Below are positions 49,110 to 56,954 of a stretch of DNA of 64,000 bases, one piece after another. The notes beneath the pieces are model-generated. The model saw only the letters and a list, made by a program, of their open reading frames with translations, was not told the origin of the DNA and searched no databases. Position 1 is the first letter of the stretch. Every line of letters starts with the position of its first letter. The DNA lies in the IMG/VR virus record IMGVR_UViG_3300018080_000019, positions 1-64,000 of that record, one strand, 5' to 3'. Made by a program: the position numbers and the translations under genes. Origin of the DNA: a virus.

Positions 49110-52100
49110 ATGCCTGATCTCCTTGAACAAATCGGCTTGCGGATCCTTCGCCGTAGGTACCTTTACTCTACAGGTCTCCGGGTGATCGCGGAGAACTACC
49201 ACCCCAATCAGCCTAGGGATAGTAGAGGCCGCTTCGGTAGTGGAGGAGGAGATGGAGGTGGAAAAAGGGGGGACCAACTGGAGGTGATGAACCCAGATCT
49301 ATTTTGGGAAGAACTGCCTCCGGCTCTCGATAAGAATAGGAAACAGGTTGAAGGGATGGTAGGTAAGAACCCGGAAATCAGAAGCACGATCGAAGTCTAT
49401 ACCAGTGATGGCTATGAAGTCTTTAACGCTCAACTCCGTGAGGGCAAACCCGACCCCAAGAAAGTTAAGGAAGTGGCAAGCGCTTTCCACATTTCCGAAA
49501 GTGAAATGCAAGGGATGGTTGATGAAGGCATACCTGCCTTAGACAAGATAACCAGTCTAGACCTCGACAAACCAATCACCACTTATCGCGGTGTAGATGA
49601 GCATACAACTAATGAAATTCTCAAAGCGGCTAAGAAGGGCAAGGGTGTGACTATTTCAGACGAAGCCTTTCAGTCTACGTCAATCAACCCTGAAGTGGCT
49701 GCGACTTTTGCTGCGAGAGGGGGATCAAATGTGATTATGGAGATCACAGCAAAGCGGGGAGCTTATCTTGAAACGATTTCATACACACCTGGAGATGGTG
49801 AATTTCTATTGCCTCGGAACAGTAAACTTCGTATCGATAGCGTCCATGAGGGTGTAAAGATGAAAATCCCCGAAGGTGTGGACGTTGAAAACCCGAATGC
49901 ACCTTGGTTCAAGAAAGACATTACTGTAATTAGAGCTACACAAGTTCCGGGCAAGAAAAAGGAGGTGGTTCCAAAGAAAAAGAAGTACAAGACGGTAAAG
50001 AAGAGGTCCACCAAAAACGTAGAGAGGAAGGACACTCGCCATAAGAGATTTGTTATTGACTACTTCATTCTTGAAGAGGGGGTCGAGAACTACAATCCCA
50101 ACCAGCCCAGAGATGCACGAGGCCGCTTCGGCTCGGGCGGTGGAGGCGGAGGTGGTTCTATGTCCCCCATGAATCACAAGCGTATGAGACGCTGGACCAA
50201 GGAGGACTATGAGCAGTATCCAGGGTGGGATGGAAGCACCGGACATGAGGCCAGCTACGGTGGAGCAATCTTCAATGACGAAGGCAAAATCCTCCTACGT
50301 GAGCCTAGTCACCATTTCGACGGCTATGTATGGACCCTTCCAAAAGGTCGTTGCAACGGTCCAGACGATAATCCCGTAGATACTGCTTTACGCGAAGTCG
50401 CAGAGGAGACTGGTCACAAGGGGCAAATCACCGGCCTTGTTCCTGGTAGGTTCGAGGGTGGCACTAGTCACATGAATCTGTTCGTTATGCAGAGCCGTGG
50501 CTACAATTCCAAGCTGCGAGACAAGGAAACGCACTCCACGAAGTGGGCTACCTACGAAGAGGCGATCGACTTGGTTGGGAAGACGAAGAACCCAATCGGT
50601 CGCCGTCGAGACTTGCAAGCCGTTCACGCCGCGTTCAAAGCACGTGACTCCCTAGTTAAGAACTACCACCCCAACCAACCGCGTGATAGTCGAGGTAGGT
50701 TTGGAAGTGGTGGTTCTGGTGGGGGCGGAGGGTTGGCAAGCATCGATGTAGACAAGCCCGAGCCTATCAACGCTACACTTCTTCATGGTGGCACAGACAA
50801 AGAGGGAGACCTAGTTACTTACTACACCGACGATCGTAGTGTGGCTGAAAGCTACGTCCAAATGTCAAACGATCGGTTTGGCGAAGGGGGTGCCGTCCAT
50901 GAAAAGCAAGTCTCCATAAAGAGCCCTGCTCCTAGAGAGGAAGTGCTCAAAGAGGCAAATCGTATTGGGATTGATGTGGAAAGCGACGGTTATACCCCTG
51001 CAAGTGTCTTCGACACTGAGCTATACGATCGAACAGATGTTAAGCGGTTAGTCGCAGGACTCAGGGATAAAGGCTATGATGGGGCCGTCTTACAAGACGT
51101 TCCTTATGGTGGAGAGGGAAGCCCCGTCAACGTTGCCATTGCTTTTTCAGGGAAGGTCAAGTCCAAGTACGATCTTCCCCCCTGGCTACGGAACGTTAGG
51201 AACTGGCACCCCTCCCAACCACGTGACTACCGTGGACGTTTTGGGAGTGGAGGGGGTGCCGGAGCGGGTTTCGTCTTACCCAATCCTAACGAAGTTGAAT
51301 TCGTTAAGAACCTTCCTGGCAGTACCCACCCAAAACTCGTGCGAGACAAGGACGGTAAGTTGTGGGTAATGAAGGAAGCCCTGACTGCTGAGAAAGTGAA
51401 GCGGCTTGAGAATGAGATCGATGCTGACAATGCTTACAGGGCACTCGGCGTAGACGTTCCTCCTAGTGGGGTAGTGCTGAACCCAGAACGAAGTGACAGG
51501 GCTCACAAGTTCAGCGAATACATAGACGGCGGTCAAACCTTAGATGATTGGAAGCATGGGAAAGACAAGGCCCAGATACAAGAGATGCACGACAAGATCG
51601 GGGAACACTTCGTAGCTGATGCAACCCTAGCCAACTGGGATGTCATTGGTTTGGAAAACGACAACATCCTAATCAAGGATGGTAAGCCCTACCGTATCGA
51701 CAACGGCGGAGCCCTGCTTTATCGGGCTCAAGGTGCTCCCAAGGGTTCCAAGTTTTCAGATCAGGTCATCGAGCTAGATACCCTTCGAGACAAGGGGAAG
51801 AACTACTCCTCCGGTACAGTGTTTGGAAATCTACCCCCAGACAAAATCAACCAACAGATCGTTGATATCTCGAAGAAGAGAGCGGCGGTCCTGGAGGCTG
51901 TTAGCAACCCTAAGACCCGTGAGAAGTTGAAGGCTCGCTTCAACGACTTGAAGAGCAAGGCAAAGGTGATCAAAAAAGAGCTGGCTCCAAAGGTCAAGGG
52001 TAAGATCACAAAGCAACCGACCAGTGGGAAGCCTATAAAGTCTTCTGGTGCCAAGAAGAAAGTCACTGCTGCTACGAAAGAGAAAGCCACGGGTGAAGGG

Positions 52101-53096
52101 GTTGTGTCTGGAGCGGCCTTCGGTACGGCAGTCGGTGTCGCTAGTTATCTCCAACAGAACAAAGGTAACTCCAACTTTACAAAGGTTCAGCTCGCTAAGG
52201 TCCAGGTTTACAATCCTAACGGTATTAGCGACGGGGTGCTGAACGTGCCGAAAGCGATGATGGCTAATCCCGCAAACCTCAAGCACCTACAGAAGATCCT
52301 TCCGGCTGGAACTGTTATCAAGCTCAGTGGGAAGAAAACGAGCAAATCTAAGCTTCCTTCAGCGGTTGCCAAACGCTACGGCATCACTGTTGACTATTCA
52401 ACCATCCAGTCAGGCACAAAGTCGGCCAAGGCAAAAGCTGCGAAGAAGAGCAAGACCCTACCGTCCCACTTCGTACAGGGTGTCCATACGGGAGGATACT
52501 ACAGTACTCCAAACAAAAGCGGGAAGGTGATTGGTGGCAGTCAGGCTGAGGTTAAGTTCAAGCACTCCCTCACTTATGATGAAAAGCACGCTATAGGGAG
52601 TTGGAAGGGTTCGGCCCGTAGCATCCGTAAGAACTACGTGGAAGCCAAGAAGGGTAAGGCTACTATGAGTCCTAAGACTAAGAATATTGTAAGTGCGATA
52701 GAAAAGGCCCCCGCCCACGAAGGGATTGCTTACCGTGGGATCCATAGTAGTGGCGGTCCTAAGCATAAGGATTATGCTCACAAGCAGATGGCAGCAATTG
52801 AGAAAGCTGGGATCGGGGGGACTTGGGTAGACGATGCTCCAACAGGGTTCAGTAAGAACGCTCAAACGGGTGCTTCCTTTTCCCATGGAGACTTGCTACT
52901 CAAAGTCAAAACCAGGGGTAAGAATATGCGGAGTATTGCTAACGTTGAGAACTTTGGTGGTGAAGCTGAAATGCTCGCTCGTCCAGGCACTAAGTTCCGC
53001 ATTGTCGGTATCCAAAAAGATGTTACCGTCAAGATCCAAGGAGCAGGTCATAAGAAGAAGCATGTCAAAATGCTCGTTGAAATGGAGGAAACGTAA
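49110..53096 (+). CDS. polyvalent virion protein: ART - Nudix - unknown - kinase-like - K-rich - ART
   Basis: 1328 aa. Four delimiter motifs. See the domain features and findings below. Confidence 0.8.
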   Translation: MPDLLEQIGLRILRRRYLYSTGLRVIAENYHPNQPRDSRGRFGSGGGDGGGKRGDQLEVMNPDLFWEELPPALDKNRKQVEGMVGKNPEIRSTIEVYTSDGYEVFNAQLREGKPDPKKVKEVASAFHISESEMQGMVDEGIPALDKITSLDLDKPITTYRGVDEHTTNEILKAAKKGKGVTISDEAFQSTSINPEVAATFAARGGSNVIMEITAKRGAYLETISYTPGDGEFLLPRNSKLRIDSVHEGVKMKIPEGVDVENPNAPWFKKDITVIRATQVPGKKKEVVPKKKKYKTVKKRSTKNVERKDTRHKRFVIDYFILEEGVENYNPNQPRDARGRFGSGGGGGGGSMSPMNHKRMRRWTKEDYEQYPGWDGSTGHEASYGGAIFNDEGKILLREPSHHFDGYVWTLPKGRCNGPDDNPVDTALREVAEETGHKGQITGLVPGRFEGGTSHMNLFVMQSRGYNSKLRDKETHSTKWATYEEAIDLVGKTKNPIGRRRDLQAVHAAFKARDSLVKNYHPNQPRDSRGRFGSGGSGGGGGLASIDVDKPEPINATLLHGGTDKEGDLVTYYTDDRSVAESYVQMSNDRFGEGGAVHEKQVSIKSPAPREEVLKEANRIGIDVESDGYTPASVFDTELYDRTDVKRLVAGLRDKGYDGAVLQDVPYGGEGSPVNVAIAFSGKVKSKYDLPPWLRNVRNWHPSQPRDYRGRFGSGGGAGAGFVLPNPNEVEFVKNLPGSTHPKLVRDKDGKLWVMKEALTAEKVKRLENEIDADNAYRALGVDVPPSGVVLNPERSDRAHKFSEYIDGGQTLDDWKHGKDKAQIQEMHDKIGEHFVADATLANWDVIGLENDNILIKDGKPYRIDNGGALLYRAQGAPKGSKFSDQVIELDTLRDKGKNYSSGTVFGNLPPDKINQQIVDISKKRAAVLEAVSNPKTREKLKARFNDLKSKAKVIKKELAPKVKGKITKQPTSGKPIKSSGAKKKVTAATKEKATGEGVVSGAAFGTAVGVASYLQQNKGNSNFTKVQLAKVQVYNPNGISDGVLNVPKAMMANPANLKHLQKILPAGTVIKLSGKKTSKSKLPSAVAKRYGITVDYSTIQSGTKSAKAKAAKKSKTLPSHFVQGVHTGGYYSTPNKSGKVIGGSQAEVKFKHSLTYDEKHAIGSWKGSARSIRKNYVEAKKGKATMSPKTKNIVSAIEKAPAHEGIAYRGIHSSGGPKHKDYAHKQMAAIEKAGIGGTWVDDAPTGFSKNAQTGASFSHGDLLLKVKTRGKNMRSIANVENFGGEAEMLARPGTKFRIVGIQKDVTVKIQGAGHKKKHVKMLVEMEET
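49194..49262 (+). repeat. delimiter peptide motif copy 2
   Basis: NYHPNQPRDSRGRFGSGGGDGGG. Confidence 0.85.
49368..49850 (+). other. ADP-ribosyltransferase domain 1 (R-S-E type)
   Basis: YTSDGYEVFNAQLREG, TYRGV (49584-49592), AFQSTS (49671-49682) and GDGEFLLPR (Glu at 49800). Confidence 0.65.
50088..50156 (+). repeat. delimiter peptide motif copy 3
   Basis: NYNPNQPRDARGRFGSGGGGGGG. Confidence 0.85.
50157..50660 (+). other. Nudix hydrolase domain
   Basis: The Nudix box is GRCNGPDDNPVDTALREVAEETGH (about 50345-50416), fitting G-x5-E-x7-REUxEExGU. Confidence 0.75.
50661..50732 (+). repeat. delimiter peptide motif copy 4
   Basis: NYHPNQPRDSRGRFGSGGSGGGGG. Confidence 0.85.
51201..51269 (+). 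repeat. delimiter peptide motif copy 5
   Basis: NWHPSQPRDYRGRFGSGGGAGAG. Confidence 0.8.
51270..51810 (+). other. atypical kinase-like domain
   Basis: KLWVMKE is a candidate ATP-binding Lys. LANWDVIGLENDNILIKDGKPYRIDNGG is a D-x4-N catalytic-loop plus IDxG pattern, resembling PI3/4-kinase-like or atypical protein kinases. Confidence 0.4.
52570..53093 (+). other. ADP-ribosyltransferase domain 2 (R-S-E type)
   Basis: IAYRGI, TGFSKN and FGGEAEMLARPGTKFRIVG (ExE). Confidence 0.6.
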
Positions 53097-54439
53097 TGGG
53101 CAGACCTAACTACAGCGAAGGGCACATGCGAGAGGCTACCTTTGAGGAGCAGATGCAATATGCTACACTCACTGATGCTGAAGGCAATGTGATCCGCCCA
53201 GAGGACATCTCCTATGGAGAATTGTTAGACTGGCTTGATGAGAACGACCTGTTGGATATGACGGGCGTTCCTAAGGAAGTTGTAGCTACAGGTGAGCTCT
53301 ACAGGGGCACAGAAAATTATCACCCCAATCAGCCTAGAGATAGCCGTGGACGTTTTGGGTCTGGTGGGGGAGGGGGTGGAGGTTCCTTGAGTACGAAGGA
53401 GGGGCTCGCCGATTATGTATCTAAGAACAAAGGCAAAGCTAAGTTCACAGATTTACAACTCGCTAAGCTCGAAGTCTATAATCCTAACGGACTTAAAGGG
53501 GGTGTGGTCAATGTGCCAAAAGCGATGTTGAAGAACCCCAAGAACCGTAAGCAGTTAGAAGCTATTTTGCCAGAAGGAACCAAAATCAAGCTGAGTGGTA
53601 AGAAGGTCAGTAAGTCACAGATGTCCCCGGAGTTACGTAAGAAATACAACCTCGAGGGAAAGCCCGACGTGCCAAAAGTAGTTCAACCGAAGAAGGTGTC
53701 AAAGAAAGGGGGTGTAGATAAAGGAGCATCAACGAAGGGTGGGGTGGGTGACAACCGTACTTTGAGTAGACAAACCAAGGATACTCCAGTCAGCCCAGCT
53801 ATGATGGATAGTGCCGAGAATACGGAGTGGGCTTGTGATAACGAACCAGGAATGGCAGAGGCTGTTGGGTTCTATACAGAAGCTGGATATGACATAGTCA
53901 ACGATGGTTTGAGGACTGGAGACTGGGATCTAAGTGTGTACGGCTCTGATACAATAGAAGACATTGAGATGATGTACGACGCACCCCACGGTAAAGTGAA
54001 GTCTTGGATAAAGAAAGAAGTTGTTCATAAGCTAGATGATCTAACCTCCACAGACCTGGAGGGAGAGGGAGCCACAGTCTACCGTGGATTGGGGTCTCAT
54101 ACTGGTAAGAAGATCCTGGCTCAAGCAGAAGCTGGTGGTCACCCGGTTATAGTTGACAAAGCCTTCCAATCGACTTCTACTGATCCTGATACAGCAGCAG
54201 CGTTTTCAACTGGGACAAATATCGTGATGCAGATCACAGCAAAGCGAGGAGCATATCTCGAAGAAGTAAGTAGTAGTTCGGGCGAGTACGAATTTCTCAT
54301 GCCCCGAAAAACGAAACTCCGTGTTGACGGTGTTGATCACAATGTAACGTTGAAGACCCAAAAGTATAAGGCCGAAGACGATACGTACGAGACCGGATAT
54401 AAGAAACTGACCGTCATAAGGGCTACCCAAGTAATCTAG
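53096..54439 (+). CDS. virion-module protein: leader - delimiter motif - K-rich module - ADP-ribosyltransferase
   Basis: TAATG overlap. The ART (about 53851-54436) has FYTEAGYDIVNDGLRTG, VYRGLG, AFQSTS and GEYEFLMPR. It is a paralogue of ART domain 1. Confidence 0.75.
   Translation: MGRPNYSEGHMREATFEEQMQYATLTDAEGNVIRPEDISYGELLDWLDENDLLDMTGVPKEVVATGELYRGTENYHPNQPRDSRGRFGSGGGGGGGSLSTKEGLADYVSKNKGKAKFTDLQLAKLEVYNPNGLKGGVVNVPKAMLKNPKNRKQLEAILPEGTKIKLSGKKVSKSQMSPELRKKYNLEGKPDVPKVVQPKKVSKKGGVDKGASTKGGVGDNRTLSRQTKDTPVSPAMMDSAENTEWACDNEPGMAEAVGFYTEAGYDIVNDGLRTGDWDLSVYGSDTIEDIEMMYDAPHGKVKSWIKKEVVHKLDDLTSTDLEGEGATVYRGLGSHTGKKILAQAEAGGHPVIVDKAFQSTSTDPDTAAAFSTGTNIVMQITAKRGAYLEEVSSSSGEYEFLMPRKTKLRVDGVDHNVTLKTQKYKAEDDTYETGYKKLTVIRATQVI
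53315..53383 (+). repeat. delimiter peptide motif copy 6
   Basis: NYHPNQPRDSRGRFGSGGGGGGG. Confidence 0.85.
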
Positions 54440-54450
54440 GAGGACCTGCT

Positions 54451-54657
54451 ATGGCCCAAGATAAGTTCAGCGGTGAGTATGAAATTCTCCCAGACGACTA
54501 CGTAGAACGGGATGAGGACGGGTCAGTAGTGTGGGCAGGTCCGGCCGCTGACGTTACTGACCCAGACGTAGCTGACTGGATGGAAGAAGCGGGCTACTTC
54601 GACGAAGACGAGCTGGAAGAGACTGTAGCCACGGGCGAACTCTACGAAGAGGAATAG
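54451..54657 (+). CDS. small acidic protein, paralogue of the N-terminal leader of ORF 53096
   Basis: AGGAGG upstream. Ends ...ETVATGELYEEE, compare ...EVVATGELYRGTE at the same position of ORF 53096. Confidence 0.45.
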   Translation: MAQDKFSGEYEILPDDYVERDEDGSVVWAGPAADVTDPDVADWMEEAGYFDEDELEETVATGELYEEE

Positions 54658-54658
54658 C

Positions 54659-54970
54659 ATGAACCACATCCACCTTTGCCAAAAGATACGGTTCGACTAC
54701 GAACGTGGGGCTACCCTTGCTGACTTGTGTAAGAAGTACGGCCTCCCTTACAAGAAGCTTCGGCTGATGATCATAGAAGCAGGGGGCTCTATCCGCACTA
54801 AGCAAGAAATCGGTGATATGCAAGCCGCACCCATCCCACCACCGGAGGAGTATGAACGTCGCAAGGAAGAGGTCAGAAAAGCTGCCCTTCGGGCGAAGCG
54901 AAATCAAAGCGGTGTTCCATCACGAGGACCAGGAGTTACGGCAACTCGCGTCGTCACGTTCCCATTCTAG
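54659..54970 (+). CDS. putative HTH DNA-binding protein
   Basis: ERGATLADLCKKYGLPYKKLRLMI is HTH-like. Confidence 0.4.
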   Translation: MNHIHLCQKIRFDYERGATLADLCKKYGLPYKKLRLMIIEAGGSIRTKQEIGDMQAAPIPPPEEYERRKEEVRKAALRAKRNQSGVPSRGPGVTATRVVTFPF

Positions 54971-54981
54971 GAGGTTTGGGC

Positions 54982-55311
54982 ATGGACTTGAAAGACAGGA
55001 TAGTCTATCTGTACCAGATTGGTCGTAGCTTGGAGAAGGTCGCAGAACTGGTTGGACGTTCTGACGTTACCGTGCGAGCCGTTCTACGTAAGAGGAAAAT
55101 CCCTCTAAGAAAGCTGCCCGAATTCGTTGCTTTCTACTGTCCTACCCCTTGGGAGATTGAACGGCAGAAGGCTCTTATCAAAAAGAAGAAGCTACGTCTC
55201 AAGAAGGCCAGTGAAGGTGGACGGCCTCGCAAGTACGGTGCGATCCTAGACAACATCGTTTCCACCCATAACGTTTCAGAGTGCTTACCAGAACTTCTAG
55301 GGGAATACTGA
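54982..55311 (+). CDS. putative HTH DNA-binding protein
   Basis: ATG 54982 with AGGAGG 7 nt upstream; the track start 54976 is TTG. GRSLEKVAELVGRSDVTVRAVLRK is HTH-like. Confidence 0.45.
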   Translation: MDLKDRIVYLYQIGRSLEKVAELVGRSDVTVRAVLRKRKIPLRKLPEFVAFYCPTPWEIERQKALIKKKKLRLKKASEGGRPRKYGAILDNIVSTHNVSECLPELLGEY

Positions 55312-56552
55312 TGCCGACAGTAAAGCCCGGTGAATCTCAGAGCGACTATATGAGCCGTTGCGTTCCCTACGTAATGGCAGAAGCTGGGACCAAGAGCAAG
55401 TCACACGCTGTCGCTAAGTGTTTGGGTATGTACCGACAGGCTACCCAGAACGCTAGACGTCAACGTCCAAGTCCCTTACGACTCGATCCCAGTCGCACGA
55501 CCAGTCTGCGTCGGGCCTTTATGACGGAGATCAGTAAACGGTTGACCCTTGTCAAACGTGCCTTGCGAAAGCTGGTGGCTGAAGAGGACGTTTTCGGTTT
55601 GGCCCTTACTACCCTAAGAAACTCGAGCGTGAGAAATACACGGTGGGCCTTCCACACAACTCCCCAGCAAGTCCAACTCTTCGAAGCATGGATAAAGAAG
55701 CTACTAGCTGCGAAGCTGCTCAACGGTCACACGTTGCTCGAGGAGTTGGGTGAGGGGAAGTCTCTACCAGAGATGCTCCTCAGCGACCTTTACTGGGAAA
55801 AGTATGCTGCTTTGGGGTATGCTCAAGGGGCTGGACGCGTCTTTGATGAGACGAAGGCAAAAGCTTATGCAGGGGTGAAGTGGACTAAAGAGCAGCAAGC
55901 CTTTTACCGTGGAACAAAACAACAATTCCTTCAAAGTGCCTTCGGCCAGCCAGTAGCAAAGGAGAAACTCCAACTACTGGCGGGTCGTGTCTTCACAGAA
56001 CTCAAGGGCATCACTGACCGCATGGCACAGGTGATTACCCGAGAACTCGTAGAAGGGATGGCTCGAGGTGAAGGTCCTCATGCGATGGCCCGTCGTATGG
56101 TGAAGCAGGGTATCGGTACGAAGAAGCGGGGCATCCAGTCCAGGGCCTTGACTATCGCCCGGACCGAAATCATTCGAGCCCACGCAGAGGGGCAGTTGGA
56201 TGCCTTCGAGCAGATGGGCGTTGAGGAAATAGGGGTAGCCGTCGAATGGAGCACTAGTGGCTTTGAAGTATGCCCTGCTTGTCGAGCGATGGAAGGAGTT
56301 GTGCTTACCACGAAAGAAGCTAGGGGCCTCATCCCAAGGCACCCGAACTGTCGTTGTGCCTTTACCCCTGCTAACGTGGGAGAATCCACTAAGGGGCAGA
56401 TTCGCTCGAAGGCCAAAATCCAGGAGGCTATCGAACGGTCCATCGCTAGAGTGGGGGCCAAGAAGGACAGTCTCGCCCAAAAGAAAAAGAAGACTACTTG
56501 GGTAGGGGCTGACCGTGTAGTAAAGAAGAACCGGCCGAAGGGCATAGTCTGA
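55311..56552 (+). CDS. MuF / SPP1 gp7-like minor head (head morphogenesis) protein
   Basis: TGATG coupling at 55309-55313. ALTIARTEIIRAHAEGQLDAF...VCPACRAMEGVVL...IPRHPNCRCAF is the MuF signature. Confidence 0.8.
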   Translation: MPTVKPGESQSDYMSRCVPYVMAEAGTKSKSHAVAKCLGMYRQATQNARRQRPSPLRLDPSRTTSLRRAFMTEISKRLTLVKRALRKLVAEEDVFGLALTTLRNSSVRNTRWAFHTTPQQVQLFEAWIKKLLAAKLLNGHTLLEELGEGKSLPEMLLSDLYWEKYAALGYAQGAGRVFDETKAKAYAGVKWTKEQQAFYRGTKQQFLQSAFGQPVAKEKLQLLAGRVFTELKGITDRMAQVITRELVEGMARGEGPHAMARRMVKQGIGTKKRGIQSRALTIARTEIIRAHAEGQLDAFEQMGVEEIGVAVEWSTSGFEVCPACRAMEGVVLTTKEARGLIPRHPNCRCAFTPANVGESTKGQIRSKAKIQEAIERSIARVGAKKDSLAQKKKKTTWVGADRVVKKNRPKGIV

Positions 56553-56812
56553 TGAAGCGTAAGGGAAGCCCTACGGAAGAGTCCATTCTGAACGTCTTGT
56601 CTGACGGTGAATTCCATTCCCGCGAAGAGTTGTATACCTGTCTGCCCGACACTATATATTTAGATGATGCAGCCAGATGCAACGCTCTCAAACAACACAT
56701 CTACCGCCTCCGCAAAGGGCTGGAACCAAAGGGTCACACGATCGAGACACGGTTCTTCGGTAAACAATACAGCTACAGATGGGTAAGGTTGCTAGTAAAC
56801 CCCTGTAAATAG
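56552..56812 (+). CDS. stand-alone OmpR/PhoB-type winged-helix (Trans_reg_C-like) protein
   Basis: ILNVLSDGEFHSREELYTCL...ALKQHIYRLRKGLEPKGHTIETRFFGKQYSYRW follows the effector-domain pattern (hIsrLRkKL....I.Tv.g.GY.h). Confidence 0.5.
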   Translation: MKRKGSPTEESILNVLSDGEFHSREELYTCLPDTIYLDDAARCNALKQHIYRLRKGLEPKGHTIETRFFGKQYSYRWVRLLVNPCK

Positions 56813-56833
56813 GGTAAACCCCTGTAAATAGGG
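56796..56833 (+). repeat. perfect tandem 19-bp direct repeat TAAACCCCTGTAAATAGGG x2
   Basis: Copies at 56796-56814 and 56815-56833. They overlap the stop codon of the winged-helix gene. Confidence 0.85.
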
Positions 56834-56850
56834 CACAAACGGCCCCTGGT

Positions 56851-56893
56851 GGCTTGTTTGGGCCTTGTTTGGCCCTTGTTTGGCCCTTGTTGC
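56851..56893 (+). repeat. about 4 tandem copies of GGCC(C)TTGTTT (period 10-11)
   Basis: ggcttgtttg ggccttgtttg gcccttgtttg gcccttgttg. Lies upstream of the ATG at 56955. Confidence 0.75.
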
Positions 56894-56954
56894 CCCCTGT
56901 AACACCTTGCAAAAAACTACCCCCCTTTGCCCCCGTTTGCCGTAAGCTGGGGGC

